NCBI GenBank assembly: GCA_964016885.1
Contig: OZ024741.1
Location: 340,008,001 to 340,072,000 of the forward strand
Origin: Eledone cirrhosa
Taxonomy: Eukaryota
Length of the DNA stretch: 64,000 nucleotides
Reading direction: 5' to 3'
Shown: piece after piece, positions 14,629 to 30,746 of the stretch
Position numbering within the stretch: position 1 is the stretch's first letter
Layout: each line of letters starts with the position of its first letter
Notes under the pieces: generated by a model
Databases searched by the model: none
The model's input: only the letters and a program-made list of their open reading frames with translations
Told to the model about the DNA's origin: nothing
Program-made: the position numbers and the translations under genes

Positions 14629-15958
14629 AGATGTGTGTGTGTATGTGTAGATGTGTGTTTGTGTGTAGATGTGTGTGTGTGTGTATGTGTAGTTGTGTAG
14701 CTGTGTGTATGTGTAGATGTGTACATGTGTGTGTGTGTATATGGTGCCGGAGGTAGTAGTCTGGTGCTACTGATGGTGGTGGTGTTGATATTGGTGACGT
14801 TGTTGTTGTCGTTGTTGGTAGTAGTGGTTGTGGCGGTAGCGGTGGTGTTGCTGGTGGCGTTGTTGTTGTTGTTGGTGGTGGTGGCTCAAACGAGTACGTG
14901 TAGTTCACATATATATTGTTATACACACACTCACATATATACACACAAATAAACACACCTATACACACACACCACACAAACACCCAAGCACTAGCACGCA
15001 TAAAAAAACACACGCACAAACATATACTCACATATACAAACCCCTCACTCACACAAACATGCAAACACATTAACACAAACATACACACACACACACACAC
15101 ACACAAACAAACAAACAAACACCCACGCACAGACACGTACACAAGCAAACACATACGCATAAATACAGACATGCGCCTACACACACATTAACATATGCAA
15201 TATACAGTTACACGTCATACGCATACAAACGTACACACAGACATTCATACGCAAATGCATACAACTTCATAGCAAACGCACGCGCACTCAGACTGACATA
15301 CAGATATATACACCTAAACAGACACACACTAGCATATACATATACACACCCACAAACACAATCAGACATGCACACACATACAAACGCACTCACACACACA
15401 CACGTACGCACGCACGCACAGATATAGACACATAGATACAGATATGCAAACACACACGCACAGACACCAACATATACAAATCAATAGACACCTACAGTGG
15501 CGCACAAACAAACATACACACGCAGATATGCAAACTAACACACAGACACAGAATACACGCACCTACAGACATATGCAGACACACACACACATTCACACAC
15601 ACGTTCACACACACGCTTACACATATACACATACACAAATGCACACACGTTCACACACACACACACAAATGCACACTCACACACATATACACATACACAA
15701 ATGTACGCACGTTCACACACAGACACATACACAAATACACACACAAATACACATACACACACATACACACACATACACACACAGATCTAAACAGATATTG
15801 TAAGATAATATAATTATGCAGTCCAATACTATAAGAGAGCAGAAATGTGAAGACTACAGGAATGTAAATACAGGTGTACACGAACACACATACACACATG
15901 GACCCGCACACACACACATGTGTGCATATATATAAATATATATATATATATATTTCTC

Positions 15959-16152
15959 GGAAAATGTTTGACCCCGACGGCAGAGCTCAAGCCGTTTCGA
16001 CGGCTATTTCTGGTCCAGAAATAACCGTCGAAACGGCTTGAGCTCTGCCGTCGGGGTCAAACATTTTCCTATTACCCATTCTACTACCCTAAGTATTGAG
16101 TACTCTGGTGCGTTATGGTCCATCTGGTTCCTTACCACACCTCCTTTGTTAT
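15959..16152 (+). mobile_element. Hairpin-ended half-hammerhead element, copy 3
   Basis: Palindrome GGAAAATGTTTGACCCC...GGGGTCAAACATTTTCC with GAAA at 16030, stem ACGGC/GCCGT, GTC ending at 16052, then the shared tail. Confidence 0.9.
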
Positions 16153-16157
16153 ATATA

Positions 16158-17984
<1,827 letters not shown>

Positions 17985-18067
17985 GGAGGTGAGTTTTATT
18001 GTAGCACAATAAAGCAATGCAAATATCGGATAAGTAGCATTCCACAGTTTATAAGACTGGAGTATAA

Positions 18068-18200
18068 ATAATTGTTTCTACTTTTTGGCACAAGGCCAGC
18101 AATTATCCCAGTACATTACTGGTACTTTATTTTATCGACCCCGTAAGGATGAAAGGCAAAGTTAACCTCGGCGGGAATTGAACTCAGATCGTAAAGGGAC
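18068..18200 (-). mobile_element. tRNA-headed SINE (Meta-type core), truncated
   Basis: Reverse complement of the SINE core and tail. Confidence 0.85.
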
Positions 18201-18384
18201 GATAAGATCAAAAGATGCTGTTTTAACACTTCACTGCTCGCAAGTGTTTTTTAAGCTTCATATCATGTCTCCCTATTTTATCTGATGAGAACGCAAATAT
18301 CATCCCATGATGATCTCGTTATAAAGAATTTTTCGTTACAACGAAGTTTTTTATCCCCCTGAATTTCGTTATAACAGAGAAGCA

Positions 18385-18598
18385 CAGAGGAGACTAAGGT
18401 TAGCTGGACATGGTCACCGACATCCAGAGTTGACACTGCACTAAGTGCTCCTGTGGGAACCCCTGCATGGACACACTGGAAGAGGAAGACCGAGATTAAC
18501 ATATGTGTATGCTCTAAGGACAGACGCTGGTACTTGGAGACGCAGGACATGGCAGCGATAATGAGGGACAGAGACCGCTGGAGAGAACTCGTCCATGG
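18385..18598 (+). mobile_element. 3' fragment of RTE-like LINE
   Basis: Translates RLRLAGHGHRHPE..LLWEPLHGHTGRGRPRLTYV..DRDRWRELV, resembling an RTE C-terminus. Confidence 0.65.
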
Positions 18599-18652
18599 AT
18601 ATATATATATGTATTATACATATATATATATGTGTGTGTCCGTGTGTGTCTG

Positions 18653-18702
<50 letters not shown>

Positions 18703-18725
18703 CAGACACATATATATATGTATAA

Positions 18726-18795
18726 TAAACCAACCACATAAAAAATCATTTAAACGAGGCTATAAGTTTAAAATGTAATTATGAAGAAATAATAG

Positions 18796-18877
<82 letters not shown>

Positions 18878-18947
18878 CTATTATTTCTTCATAATGACAT
18901 TTTAAACTTATAGCCTCGTTTAAATGATTTTTTATGTCGTTGATTTA
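18726..18947. repeat. ~75-bp inverted repeat with a (TA)n centre
   Basis: 18726-18800 is the near-exact reverse complement of 18872-18947. Confidence 0.9.
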
Positions 18948-19013
18948 TACTGATTAGGAGAGGAAAATACTGTATATATTTTTATCCAATACTTCTTCAG
19001 ACTTGCAATTTTG

Positions 19014-19109
<96 letters not shown>

Positions 19110-19934
19110 ATAATAATAAATTTGAAGACTAAAATCCAAAGAGCGCTCCATAAGGATAAATATATATCAAATATATAAGAACCGTAGAGCAAATATTTAT
19201 ATCAAATTTGTATAGGTAAGTATATATTACCTGTATGTTTTGTGAAGGTACGTATACTTTCTTGTACGTATATCTGATTGTATATGTTATGGCGTATATA
19301 TTATATATTCCGGTACATATGCTTTTGTTTATGTGTATACGTGAGTGTTGCGTCTGTGTGAGTATGTGGGTTCATACGTATGTAGAGTGTGTGTATATGT
19401 GTACTTTGTGTTTTGGTTGACGTACGTCTCCGAACATATGTGTATTTACATGTAGGTATGTGTGTGCGCTTGTTATATACGTATTTATTTATTTACATAC
19501 GTTTAATTAATTAAATGTATACACGCACGCACATACACATATATATATATATTTTTTTTTTAATATATATTTTTATGTGTATTTGGTGTATACATTCGTA
19601 TGCGTGCGGGTACAGGCGTTGCGTGGGTTCTGTATGTGCGTGCGGGGTTGTTGTTTTTTTGTGTTTTTTGTGTACGTGCGTGTATTTGTATACCTATGGC
19701 GAGTGTTTTCGCGTATGCTTGTGTATGTACGTATATTGATGCGTGTATGTATTTATTTAATTTCAATTACCTCTGTATTTTATTTACTTTATTCTTAACT
19801 CTGAAGCCGAGAATCATTCGGTTTCCTAGTTAGAATTTTAGTCTACGACTTCATTTACGTGGTTTTGTCCTTCCGTGCAATTGTTCTCCCCGCTCCACAT
19901 ATGACGTATTATTTTCGTTTTTTCCGTTCATTGC

Positions 19935-20265
19935 CAGAGGGAAGTGCTCTCTTCCCAGCATTTTATTGAAAGATGGGTGAGAGAGGCAAGAATGGCCTAC
20001 TCTGAGTATGTGTCTGTAAATTGAAGGTGGAAAACTGAGAGAGGGCACCTGCCCTGGTGGTCAGGGTCACCGTGGCTTTTTTAATGGGCTTTCTCCACGA
20101 TGGCCCTCGGAAGTCTCCCCCTATTTTTCATTGTTTCTTTTTTGTTACACCTTCTGTTTGTGTTTGTTTTACACGCAGAAATGTCCATTTGTACCGTCCT
20201 GTATTGTCCTGTATTGTCCTTAATGTCTACTTTGTGTAAACCCTTGTGGTTAATAAAGAAATCAA
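19935..20265 (+). mobile_element. 3' fragment of L1/Tx1-like LINE
   Basis: Peptide REVLSSQHFIERWVREARMA resembles that at 7298-7666. Ends CCCTTGTGGTTAATAAAGAAA. Confidence 0.55.
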
Positions 20266-20267
20266 TG

Positions 20268-20320
<53 letters not shown>

Positions 20321-20322
20321 TA

Positions 20323-20423
<101 letters not shown>

Positions 20424-20629
20424 TTATATTTATTTATTTATTTAATGAAGATATCAGTTTACAAAAGGTTTGTGCACTGACTTATATATATAGGTAAGGC
20501 GCGTATGTATGGTAGTTTTAAATCCTAATTCCTGGGGAAATCTGATCAGATGTTTTCGTACCCGGTCAGTACTACTGGGGTTAGATCCGGCGGGGGTTAC
20601 GAGCCAAGAAGACATGCGAGTACCGAATC

Positions 20630-21352
20630 ACCGATAACATCCTTATGCACTCCCTTAAAACTGGCGTCATATACTTTCTCAATCAGAATAGATACCACTC
20701 GCTGATTCAAAATAGCCTGAACTCTTCTTACAGAAAGTTCAACCTACGTATGATCCAGGAAATTGCTGAAAAGGGACGCAACATCATCTCCAGACTCAAC
20801 AGCCATGGTCGAACTGAACCTCTAGAGCCACGTGTTCTCTATTTCACTCAAGGACCATTAATCGGACTTTGACCGCAAACCCACCATCCGAGTCATCAAC
20901 CCGAAACAGTATGGCATAGGAAGGAAAAGTGTCCTGGACAATTTCATATCCAGAGTAAAACAACAAGCAAGGCTCAGGTTTTGGACCAACACACAAGAAG
21001 TCATATCCTAGTTTCAAAGCATCGCTGATAAAGAGTAAACCAAATTCATCCAATTCGATATCGAAAATTACAATGCCTCTATAACACAACTACTCTTGGA
21101 CTCCGCCATTGATCGCGCACGAAACATTACGCGGATCAGTGACCAGGACATCGATATGATACTCTACGCCAAGAAGACAATCCTGCTATACAAAAGCTCC
21201 ACCTGGATAAAAAGGCCCCCAAACTGACCCTTCAGTGCCAGCATTGGAGAAACAGACTCTGCAGAGGTTACCGACCTGATGGGTCTGTACATACTACGGA
21301 AACAGATAGAACAGCTCCTGGCTGTCGGGGGGAGGGGATTTATACCGAGACG
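20630..21352 (+). pseudogene. Decayed Penelope-like reverse transcriptase fragment (YRDD-type)
   Basis: Frameshifted translation KDH..PTIRVINPK..WTNTQEVI..KFIQFDIENYNASI..DSAEVTDLMGLYIL..YRDG matches PLE RT motifs. Confidence 0.75.
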
Positions 21353-21390
21353 GTAGGTACATAACCCTCACTAAGATATATATACACACA

Positions 21391-21459
<69 letters not shown>

Positions 21460-21462
<3 letters not shown>

Positions 21463-21760
21463 ATCGAAAGGTTGTGAGTTCAATTCTCAGACCAGGTGAT
21501 GTGTTGTTTCCTTGAGCAAGACACTTTATTTCACATTGCTCCAGTTTACTCAGCTGTAGAAATGAGATGATAGGGACTGGGGTCCCTATCATTCCACTGC
21601 AAAGTGGTCGTGCAGGTGCCACAGCAAAAAAGCACCCAGCACTCACTGTAAATGAGGTTGGTGTTAGGAAGGGCATCCAGCTGTAGAAATCAAGCCAGAA
21701 TCAGTTCCCGTCCCACCCTTGCAAGCAGGGAAAAAGCGGACGTGAAATGATGATGATGAT
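21460..21760 (+). mobile_element. Second tRNA-derived SINE family (CTTGAGCAAGACACTTTA core); related decayed copies at ~31005-31220, 32628-33050, 35880-36040, 40900-41135
   Basis: GAGTTCAATTC B box, TTGAGCAAGACACTTTATTTCAC..CTCCAGT..ACTCAGCTG core, (GAT)n tail. Confidence 0.7.
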
Positions 21761-22390
21761 GATGATGATCATATATATATATGAGAGAGAGAGTGTGTGT
21801 GCTCCAGACCTGGTAAACTAAGTAGTGGGGCAGGTATTATCGACTAACTCCTTACAACACTTTCCACTGTCAACATCACCACCACCTCTGCTGCCATCAT
21901 TCTCTTGAAATTGATGTTAGCGGTGGTGGTAGTGGTGAGCGGACAGTGGTGGTAGTGTTGTTGTTGCTGTTTGTGGTGGTGGTGATGGGGAGGTGGTTGT
22001 TGTGGTGACGCAGTGGTTGTAGGTGTGGTGTGGAGGTGACGGCAGTGGTTGTGGTGACTGTGTTGGTGGTAGTGCGGTGGTGGTGTGGTAGTTGTAGTAG
22101 TGTTGGTGGTAGTGCGGTGGGTGTGGTGGCTATAGTGCTGATGTCGGTCTGTGGGTGATGGGGTCACTCCTTGCAAAAGAATTGAATATTGGAATAAATT
22201 AGAAGAGAAAATTACCTTAGGCTACTAATTACATTAGCATGGCAATTAGCGACTTATGTTAATGACTCTGGGTTAGATTGCTGAGAAAGGATCATAGTAA
22301 GCTCCCCTTTAATTAGATTTTTGCAGGCAACAATTGGATTTTAAATACACACATACATAATACATACATACATACACATATATATATGTA

Positions 22391-22427
<37 letters not shown>

Positions 22428-22544
22428 TATATTTACTCATACATACATATATACATATATACATATATACACGTACATACACACACATATACAACGTACA
22501 CAAATACATAGATGCAAACACACACACACACGCACACACGCACA

Positions 22545-22586
<42 letters not shown>

Positions 22587-22854
22587 TATATACATAGACA
22601 TACATGCATACATATGATACATACATATAGTAATTGTTTTGGACCTTCATCGGTTCCAACGACGCGTCCTCCAGTTATGCGACCAACGAAACAGCCCGGT
22701 CATGAAATTAACGTGTAAGGGATTGTGCATTTCCCCTACACGTGATCCCTTAACGTAATTCTCAGGAAGATTCAGCATCGTATTACAAACCCAACCCTTT
22801 GAATTACCGGTAAAACTCATTTTTCCGAGCTGATTGGATTACAACAATGTGAAA

Positions 22855-23040
22855 TAATTGTTTCTACTTTTGGCACAAGGCCAACAAATACCCAGTGCAT
22901 TACTGGTACTTTATTTTATCGACCCCGTAAGGATGAAAAGCAAAGTTAACCTCGGCGGGATTTGAACTCAGAATGACAAGGGCCGTAACTCTATGCGTCA
23001 AAGCATGGCGTCCGACCCTCTACCGATACTGCCAATCCAC
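22855..23040 (-). mobile_element. tRNA-headed SINE (Meta-type core) with TSD
   Basis: Near full-length reverse copy. ACAACAATGTGAAAT is duplicated on both sides. Confidence 0.88.
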
Positions 23041-23339
23041 AACAATGTGAAATTATGTCTTGTATTGATGGATACAGTCCGCTATCGCGAATCAAACTCT
23101 CGACGTTACGATCGTATGGCGAACTACTCAAGCACTAAACTTGGCACGTTCACTATATAATAAGTATATCTACACTTGCACCAATACTTTAATAAATTAA
23201 AACAAATATATGGGCTTTGATCTGGCAGCCTTCGATCAAAACACAAACACCTCGCCCAGACAATAAAGCCTTTCATCCTTTTCAATTCGATAAGTACCAG
23301 TCTATTACTGGGGTCAATTCTCCACTATAACGCTTTTCA

Positions 23340-23389
<50 letters not shown>

Positions 23390-23499
23390 AGAAAATCAGA
23401 TGTTTTCAAAATAAGAGAGGACATAGTCTCCGCCAGTTTTAAAATGCCCAAAACGACAACGCTCCTATGACCCAATCAGGAGTTATGGCCCATACATAC

Positions 23500-24091
23500 A
23501 TACATGATGGCTGCCCCCTTGTTATCGAGTATGGCCATTGCACGATATACCATTATTAATAATTATTAATTAATTCTATCGTGCAATGTCTGTGCGTGAA
23601 GATATTTTTTAAAGTGAGGAAAGACTGTGCACTGAGCCAATCCCACTCTCTGAGCGACAGTAGCTATAACTCGAAAAGAAGAAAAGATCAACATCATCGG
23701 TAACTACTGAGCCGCCGGTTTTATATCAGAGTTATCCCAGTTTCCTGAGTTGCCTTCTCCTAGAAGAATGCCCTGACAAAGGCTAGGGGTCCTTCACTCC
23801 CAGTGGTTTAACCACGCGATCGGGTGTCCAGCCCGACTATTTCTGTCCCCGCGCATATACACACACATGCACCCATGTATATACACATATACATACACAT
23901 GTACATGTGTATATACATATTTACAGTTTTGGATGGCCGTCGACCCTTATGAGTTCTTCCGCTGTTTGTCAGGTTTTGTTTTTTGTCCTGCAGGGTGTCC
24001 AAAATCACCTTCCGGTTTAGTCGCCGACGACCCGACCATGCGACAGGTTGTACTGGGTTACATGTTACCAGTAGCACTCAAGAGTAACCCG
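23500..24091 (-). mobile_element. ~600-bp non-autonomous RTE-derived element
   Basis: Head (GCTACTGGTAACATGTAACCCAGT..GGCGACTAAAC..CCTGCAGGAC) and GGCAGCC(TATG)n tail shared with 31483-32083. Confidence 0.55.
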
Positions 24092-24130
24092 ACATACATA
24101 CATACATACATACATACATACATACATACA

Positions 24131-24161
<31 letters not shown>

Positions 24162-24859
24162 GTTACGGTAGTATTTTTCTTTTCTATTTCCTAATCTTTT
24201 TCGGGTTTTTTCCTCTCTACTCCCTTCATCCCTTTTAACTCTTGCTTATTTTCTTAATTTATTCTTGTTCTTTTATGTCATCATTTCTCTTCTTACGCTA
24301 TAATTAGCTTGCCTTCTCCACCAATTGCTGGCCTCGTGTCTGAACTAGCAATCCTTATTTTAAGGGCGGTGGGTTGACAACATTTGAAGAGCGTCAGACA
24401 AAATACTTTGCTGCATTTAGTTACGATTTTCTACGTTCTGAACTCAAATCCCGCCAAGGTCAACTTCACCTTTTATCCTTGCAGGGTCGATAAAAAAGTA
24501 CTTATTAAATGCTAAAGTTGATATTATTGAGTGTCCCCTTTCCGAAAATTGTTAGAAAGTATATTACTGAAATTTAGCTAAATAAGTACGTATATTACTG
24601 GGATTTAGAGCAACATAGTGATGGACTCCGCCAGATTTCAATGTTCAAGACGGTTCCTCTACTACTAAATGCATACATATTACAGGAATTTACTGAAATT
24701 TACATAATATCAAAAGGAGCCCTGGCGTTTGAGAAAAAGCAGGCAGACTTCACTGTCTTAATACTATTTTGTGATGAGAATCTATTCAAGCAAAACATCA
24801 ATAGCACATTACAACTGTTGTCTAAATCTCACTGTTCTTCGATTGGTCTTCGAGATTTA

Positions 24860-25281
24860 GATAATTAGTCAATGAGATTCAGAGATAATGTTCAGTGAGA
24901 TTTACATAATTGGTCAGTGAGATTTAGGCAATTGGTCGGCGAGATTTAGACAATTGGTCAAGGAGATTCAGAGATATTGGTCAGTGAGATTTAGGCTATT
25001 GGTCGGCGAGATACAAACAATTGGTCAAGGAGATTCAGAGATATTGGTCAGTGAGATTTAGGCAATTGGGCGGCGAGATTTAGACAATTGGTCAAGGAGA
25101 TTCAGAGATATTGGTCAGTGGTATTTAGGCAATTGGTCGGCGAGATTTACACAATTGGTCAACGAGATTCAGAGATAGTGGTCAGTGAGATTTACACAAT
25201 TGGTCAGTAAGATTTAGGCAATTGGTCGGCGAGATTTAGACAATTGGTCAGTGAGATTTAGAGCATTGGTCGGTGAGATTT
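24860..25281. repeat. 22/23-bp minisatellite with 67-bp higher-order unit
   Basis: GTGAGATTTAGGCAATTGGTCG-type monomers. The trimer recurs at 24917, 24984, 25051 and 25118. Confidence 0.92.
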
Positions 25282-26182
25282 AGGAAAGTGTCTTATTGTC
25301 TAAATATTTCATTTTGATGACATTCTTGGTGACGTTACCAGTGGTGGTGGTGGTGGTTATTGTGGTGGTGGTAGTGGTGGTAGTGGTGGCGGGGTGGGCT
25401 GGGGTAGTGGGGTGGGGGTAGCGGTGGTGGTAGATGTGGGTAGTGGTGGTGGTAGTGGTGGTAGTGGTCGTGGTCGTGGTGTCGTGGTGGTCGTGGTGGT
25501 TGTGTTGGTCGTGGTTGTGGTGGTCGTGGTGGTCGTGGTGCTGGTGGTAGTTGTAGTGGTGGTCGTGGTGGTGGTCGACGTGTTGGTGGTGGTAGTGGTA
25601 GTGGTAGAGGTAATCGAGGAGGTGGTGGGGTGACAGTGTGTGGGGGGGGGGGGGGGTCCTGCTGCTTCTGTTAGCGAAATCCATGAATCCACTCTGTTAG
25701 CCAATTCACACAGATCCACTAAGCAAGCAACTTTGAAATTTAATTAGAAGTATGTGTGCATGAATGAAGGTTTACGTGTGCGTGTCTGTGTGTGTGAGTC
25801 TGTGTCTGTGTGTGTGTGAGAGCGCGCGTGCGTGCGTGTGTGAGTATGAGTATGTGTGCTATTCAGCCATCATACGCACATATAGACATATGAGACGTAT
25901 ACATTTTGTGTAATTATAATTAGTGAATATGACAAGGTGTCAGTTGAGTAAACATTGATGAGCTCCCTTGTGTTGTTGTTGATGCTGCCGGTGGTGTTGT
26001 TGTCAGTGTCGGTGGTGGTGTTGGTGGTGGTGGTGGTGGTGGTGGTGGTGGTGTAGATGTTGGTGTTGGGGCTGATGCTGCTGGTGGTGTGTCGTAGATG
26101 TTTCAATTCCCTTTATCTATGTCACTACTTGGCGCATGGTAGATATTACTAATTTGTAAATATATGTCTGTGTTTGAGATAG

Positions 26183-26228
<46 letters not shown>

Positions 26229-26300
26229 GAGCGGAACAAGTAAACATTAAACAATTTTTTAAATAATTAAAATACGATTTAAATATTCACCTGTTCTAAT

Positions 26301-26380
26301 GCTGTTACCGACGGTTTCGCTTTTCAAAAGATTGGAAATTCAGAGAATTTCCAATTGAAAGAATCAGCTCTTCAGACAGC
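26301..26380 (-). ncRNA. Type I hammerhead ribozyme (intact core, long stem II)
   Basis: Minus: GCTGT-CTGAAGA-GCT..ATTGGAAATTC tct GAATTTCCAAT..AGC-GAAA-CCGTCGG-TA-ACAGC. Confidence 0.8.
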
Positions 26381-26520
26381 TATTTCCATTCTATAGGGCA
26401 CAAAGCCTCGCAGTTTGTAAATATATCGCTTCCTGCCCGATGTATGAGGTCATTTCCAATCATATATATTTCCGTAGGTACTTATTACCTGCTTTAATAT
26501 TTATATCATTATATATATAT

Positions 26521-26808
<288 letters not shown>

Positions 26809-26883
26809 ATGTACATATGTATATGTATATGTATTTATGTATATAACGAAAGTTTAGACAAGGATTATTATTAAAGCATTTAA

Positions 26884-26952
26884 TAGATTTACGGGCGTTT
26901 CGCTAGACTACCATGAAGAGTCCATTCCCGTAGGAATAGGTCATCAGATTCA
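26884..26952 (-). ncRNA. Degenerate hammerhead ribozyme
   Basis: Minus: GAAT-CTGATGA-CCTA...TAGC-GAAA-CGCCCG-TA-AATC. Core intact but stems I and II have mismatches. Confidence 0.55.
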
Positions 26953-27080
26953 ATTAAATACAAATAATTTACCTTACATGTTTTAATATGCACCAGTGGG
27001 AGAAAGAGCAAAGATTTTAATAACGTTTAAATATAATAGGGAAAACGCTAAGATTATGTATATATATATACAGGTAAAAT

Positions 27081-27118
<38 letters not shown>

Positions 27119-27131
27119 CAGGTAAAATTAA

Positions 27132-27164
<33 letters not shown>

Positions 27165-27201
27165 CAGGTAAAATGATATATACATACATATATATACAGC
27201 T

Positions 27202-27317
<116 letters not shown>

Positions 27318-27660
27318 AGAGGGAGAGAGAGAGAGAGAGAGAAAGGAGAAAGACGGGAGAGAGAGGAGGGTGATAGAGATTCTTTTAGGACTAAGTGGTG
27401 TGCTTGAATTTCACCTGCAGATTCACATCAGTATTCCGGTATTTCCATATTTTCTTAATTCCTAATTCATTATTTTCCTACTTCTCACATTTTCCAAATC
27501 GTTTTAGTTTTATAATCCATGATTACCGGCCACCTCATCCCAGTTAAGGGTAGTGCTAATATACAATATATTTCATATTTTATATTTTCATATTTTCTTT
27601 GACTCTACAATAATTCATTTTGTTATAATTACACTTATTCCAACTTTATTATCGGGCTTT

Positions 27661-27870
27661 GGATCGGCAGTATCGCTAGAGAGTCGGACACCATGCTTTG
27701 CAGCACAACGTTACGGTCCTTTACGGTCTGAGTTCAAATCCAGCCGAGGTTAACTTTGCCTTTCATCCCTACGGGGTCGATAAAATAAAGCACCAGTAAC
27801 GTACTGGGGTCGATTTAATCGACTTTCCCCTCCCCCCAAATTACTGGCCTTGTACCTGTACAAGAAATCA
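27661..27870 (+). mobile_element. tRNA-headed SINE (Meta-type core)
   Basis: Head GGCAGTATCG.TAGAG, B box, core and tail. Confidence 0.85.
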
Positions 27871-28206
27871 TTATCCTCATCATCTAGTAATTCTGTTACC
27901 CGCCTCTACCAACTGACACAAACTCACCAACCCACGTGAGTTAATATCATAACATTAAACTTCACCTTTTGCTAATGTCACTAATTTCACTTCAGCATCA
28001 TCACCACCAAATATACCATGTCTATCTTATTTCCTTTTTTCTTTTCTTTTTCTTTCCATACCCTCTTTTTCTCTTCTTTCTCTTAGTTACTCCTCTTCAC
28101 CAGCATCATTACCCACTGCTTGCGAAAGTAAATCCCTTACACACTAAATACTTTATACACCCGCTTACCCTACAATTTTTCTTCTTTTTTACCCACTTAT
28201 TCTTTG

Positions 28207-28690
28207 GAGAGTCGTGGGGGCGGAGTCATCAAGCCTGCCTTCCAGCGGGTTTTGTCAGAAGCAACCGTCTCCAAATTGATCCGGCTGGATCCCCCATACG
28301 TGAGAAATCTAGCTTATGGATGTTATCCAACCATCTTGCTCGGAGTCTACCTCTGGGACTCCTGCCGGTTGGTTTTGTCCGTAAAAGCTCCCCAGCGATC
28401 CTTACCTTAGACATTCTGACCTCATATTCGTAGTATCAGAGCTGTGATCTCTCAATTTGGAGAAGTGGGAGCTCTACCTGGATGACTCAATGATCTCCAA
28501 GCTATGCATTAAGATTACAACAAAGACCCTCCCAATGAACCCCATTTTGATTGCTTGTATTCGCGATCGTAATGTTTCGGTCATTACCCAAGAGTCGTGG
28601 CCATAGGTAAGGAACTGAAGATAGAGAATTTGCTTTTGCACCTACTTCCCTTTTTCTATGTTCAACCGACATCCTCGATGTTATTATTAA
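28207..28690 (-). mobile_element. RTE-like LINE 3' fragment
   Basis: Minus peptide ELLRTKPTGRSPRGRLRARWLDNI, typical of an RTE C-terminus. Confidence 0.65.
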
Positions 28691-28695
28691 TGACA

Positions 28696-28920
28696 AGGGT
28701 GGTGGATTGGCAGTATCGGTAGAGGATCTGACGCCATGCTTTGCAGCATAGAGTTACGGCCCTTTATGATCTGAGTTCAAATCCCGCTGAGGTTAACTTT
28801 GCCTTTCATCCTTACGGGGGTTGATAAAATAAAGTACCAGTCACGCACTGGGTTCGATTTTATCTACTTTCCCCCCCAAAAAAAAAAAAATTGCTGGCCT
28901 TGTGCCTATATAAGACATAT
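28696..28920 (+). mobile_element. tRNA-headed SINE (Meta-type core), full length
   Basis: GGGTGGTGGATTGGCAGTATCGGTAGAG head, core and tail. Confidence 0.88.
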
Positions 28921-29041
28921 TAATTACATTCTGGTGTGTTAACAGCTATTTCTCGCGTTTCAGTTACCTTTTTTTCCTATTAAACTTCATATTCCTTTAA
29001 CGCTTCGTTTCGATAATTTTCGATACTTCCAATGTTTGTAC

Positions 29042-29122
<81 letters not shown>

Positions 29123-29207
29123 AACATATATACACATATATATGTATGTACATATATACATACATATATATATATATACATATATATATATACATACATA
29201 TATATAT

Positions 29208-29424
<217 letters not shown>

Positions 29425-30505
29425 CATATATATATATATGCACATACATACATTACATATATACATACATATATGTGTATGTATAACAATATTTAATGAA
29501 TTTCTCTCCCGCAATATAATATAAAACGAATTTTATAAGATGTGTTGGTGCCAATAAAGCCAATAATTAATCAAAATTAATTTTATTCTTAATTATTCTA
29601 TGTCGAAACAACATCAATACTGCATTGTATGGTGTGATTTTTGCTTTTGTTGAATATTTTTTTCTCGGATATCGCATTTTCATTTCGTTTAGTTGACACA
29701 GTACATGAAGCATGAATCTTAATTTTTGCCCAATAAATATTTATTATTCATTTTTCATTCAATTCGAAAATGCGTTCAAAACACTAAATCAGATCACTGT
29801 ACGATAAATATAAGCAAGAAATTTAATATTGGTGCTGGCATTGGTATGTAGTTAGGGATTTCGTTACAGGTACAGGGGTGACAGGGGTTAAGGAGTTCAC
29901 TGTAAGAGCTGCCATGGCTGTGTAATTAGGGAGATTGCTATCAGTGCAGCCTTAACTGTTAGTTAAATAGTTCGCTATAGGTGCAGGTATGGCTTTGTGG
30001 TTAAGAAACTTTCTTCGCTACATGACAATTTAGGCAATGTCTTCTACTATAATCTTGCGTTGACCAATGTCTTGTGAATGAAATTTGGAAGGTGGAAATT
30101 ATGAAAACCCGTCGTGTAAGTTGTGTGTAAGTATATATATATATATATGAACCGAGTGCTCTACTACTACGGATATAATCTACCAGTGTTCTACTATTAT
30201 ATATATATATATATTATAAGAACAGATTAAAGTTTAAGCAAACAATCGTTGCTTTCACCCATAATCCTCATCATGCCTTCTTCGGATTTTAGTCTTCACA
30301 TTTGTGTGTGTGTGTATCCATTGATTCTTCTCACGTTTGTATGTAACAGTAACGCTCAAATCCCGGCGTTGCCTACTTGGGTAGAAGATTTAATTTGCTA
30401 GACAGTTTAACACCTCTACATGACACTCGGGTGTCATTAGTGGAGTTCACTCACATTAGGACCAGTTTGAGGACACCTACTTCTCTCTCTCACTTTCACT
30501 CTCTT

Positions 30506-30562
<57 letters not shown>

Positions 30563-30671
30563 CTATCTATCTATCTTTCTCTCTTGCTCTCGCTTTCTTT
30601 CTCACGTTCTCAATCTCTCTCTCTCTCCTTCTCTGTCAGTATCTCTCTCTCTATCTCTCTCTCTTTCTCGC

Positions 30672-30714
<43 letters not shown>

Positions 30715-30715
30715 G

Positions 30716-30746
<31 letters not shown>

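Noticed and set aside
18282-18380. CTGATGA at 18282 as a hammerhead
   Set aside because: No pairable stems or GAAA. The adjacent CGTTATAA repeats look like a DNA-transposon relic.
18950-19005. CTGAAGA on minus strand as a hammerhead
   Set aside because: No GAAA or stem III follows the candidate stem II.
24860-25281. CRISPR-like array
   Set aside because: There are no unique spacers or cas genes, and the context is eukaryotic. It is a tandem minisatellite.
28696-28790. tRNA gene
   Set aside because: The A/B-box head continues into the SINE core and is repeated in many copies. No full cloverleaf is evident.
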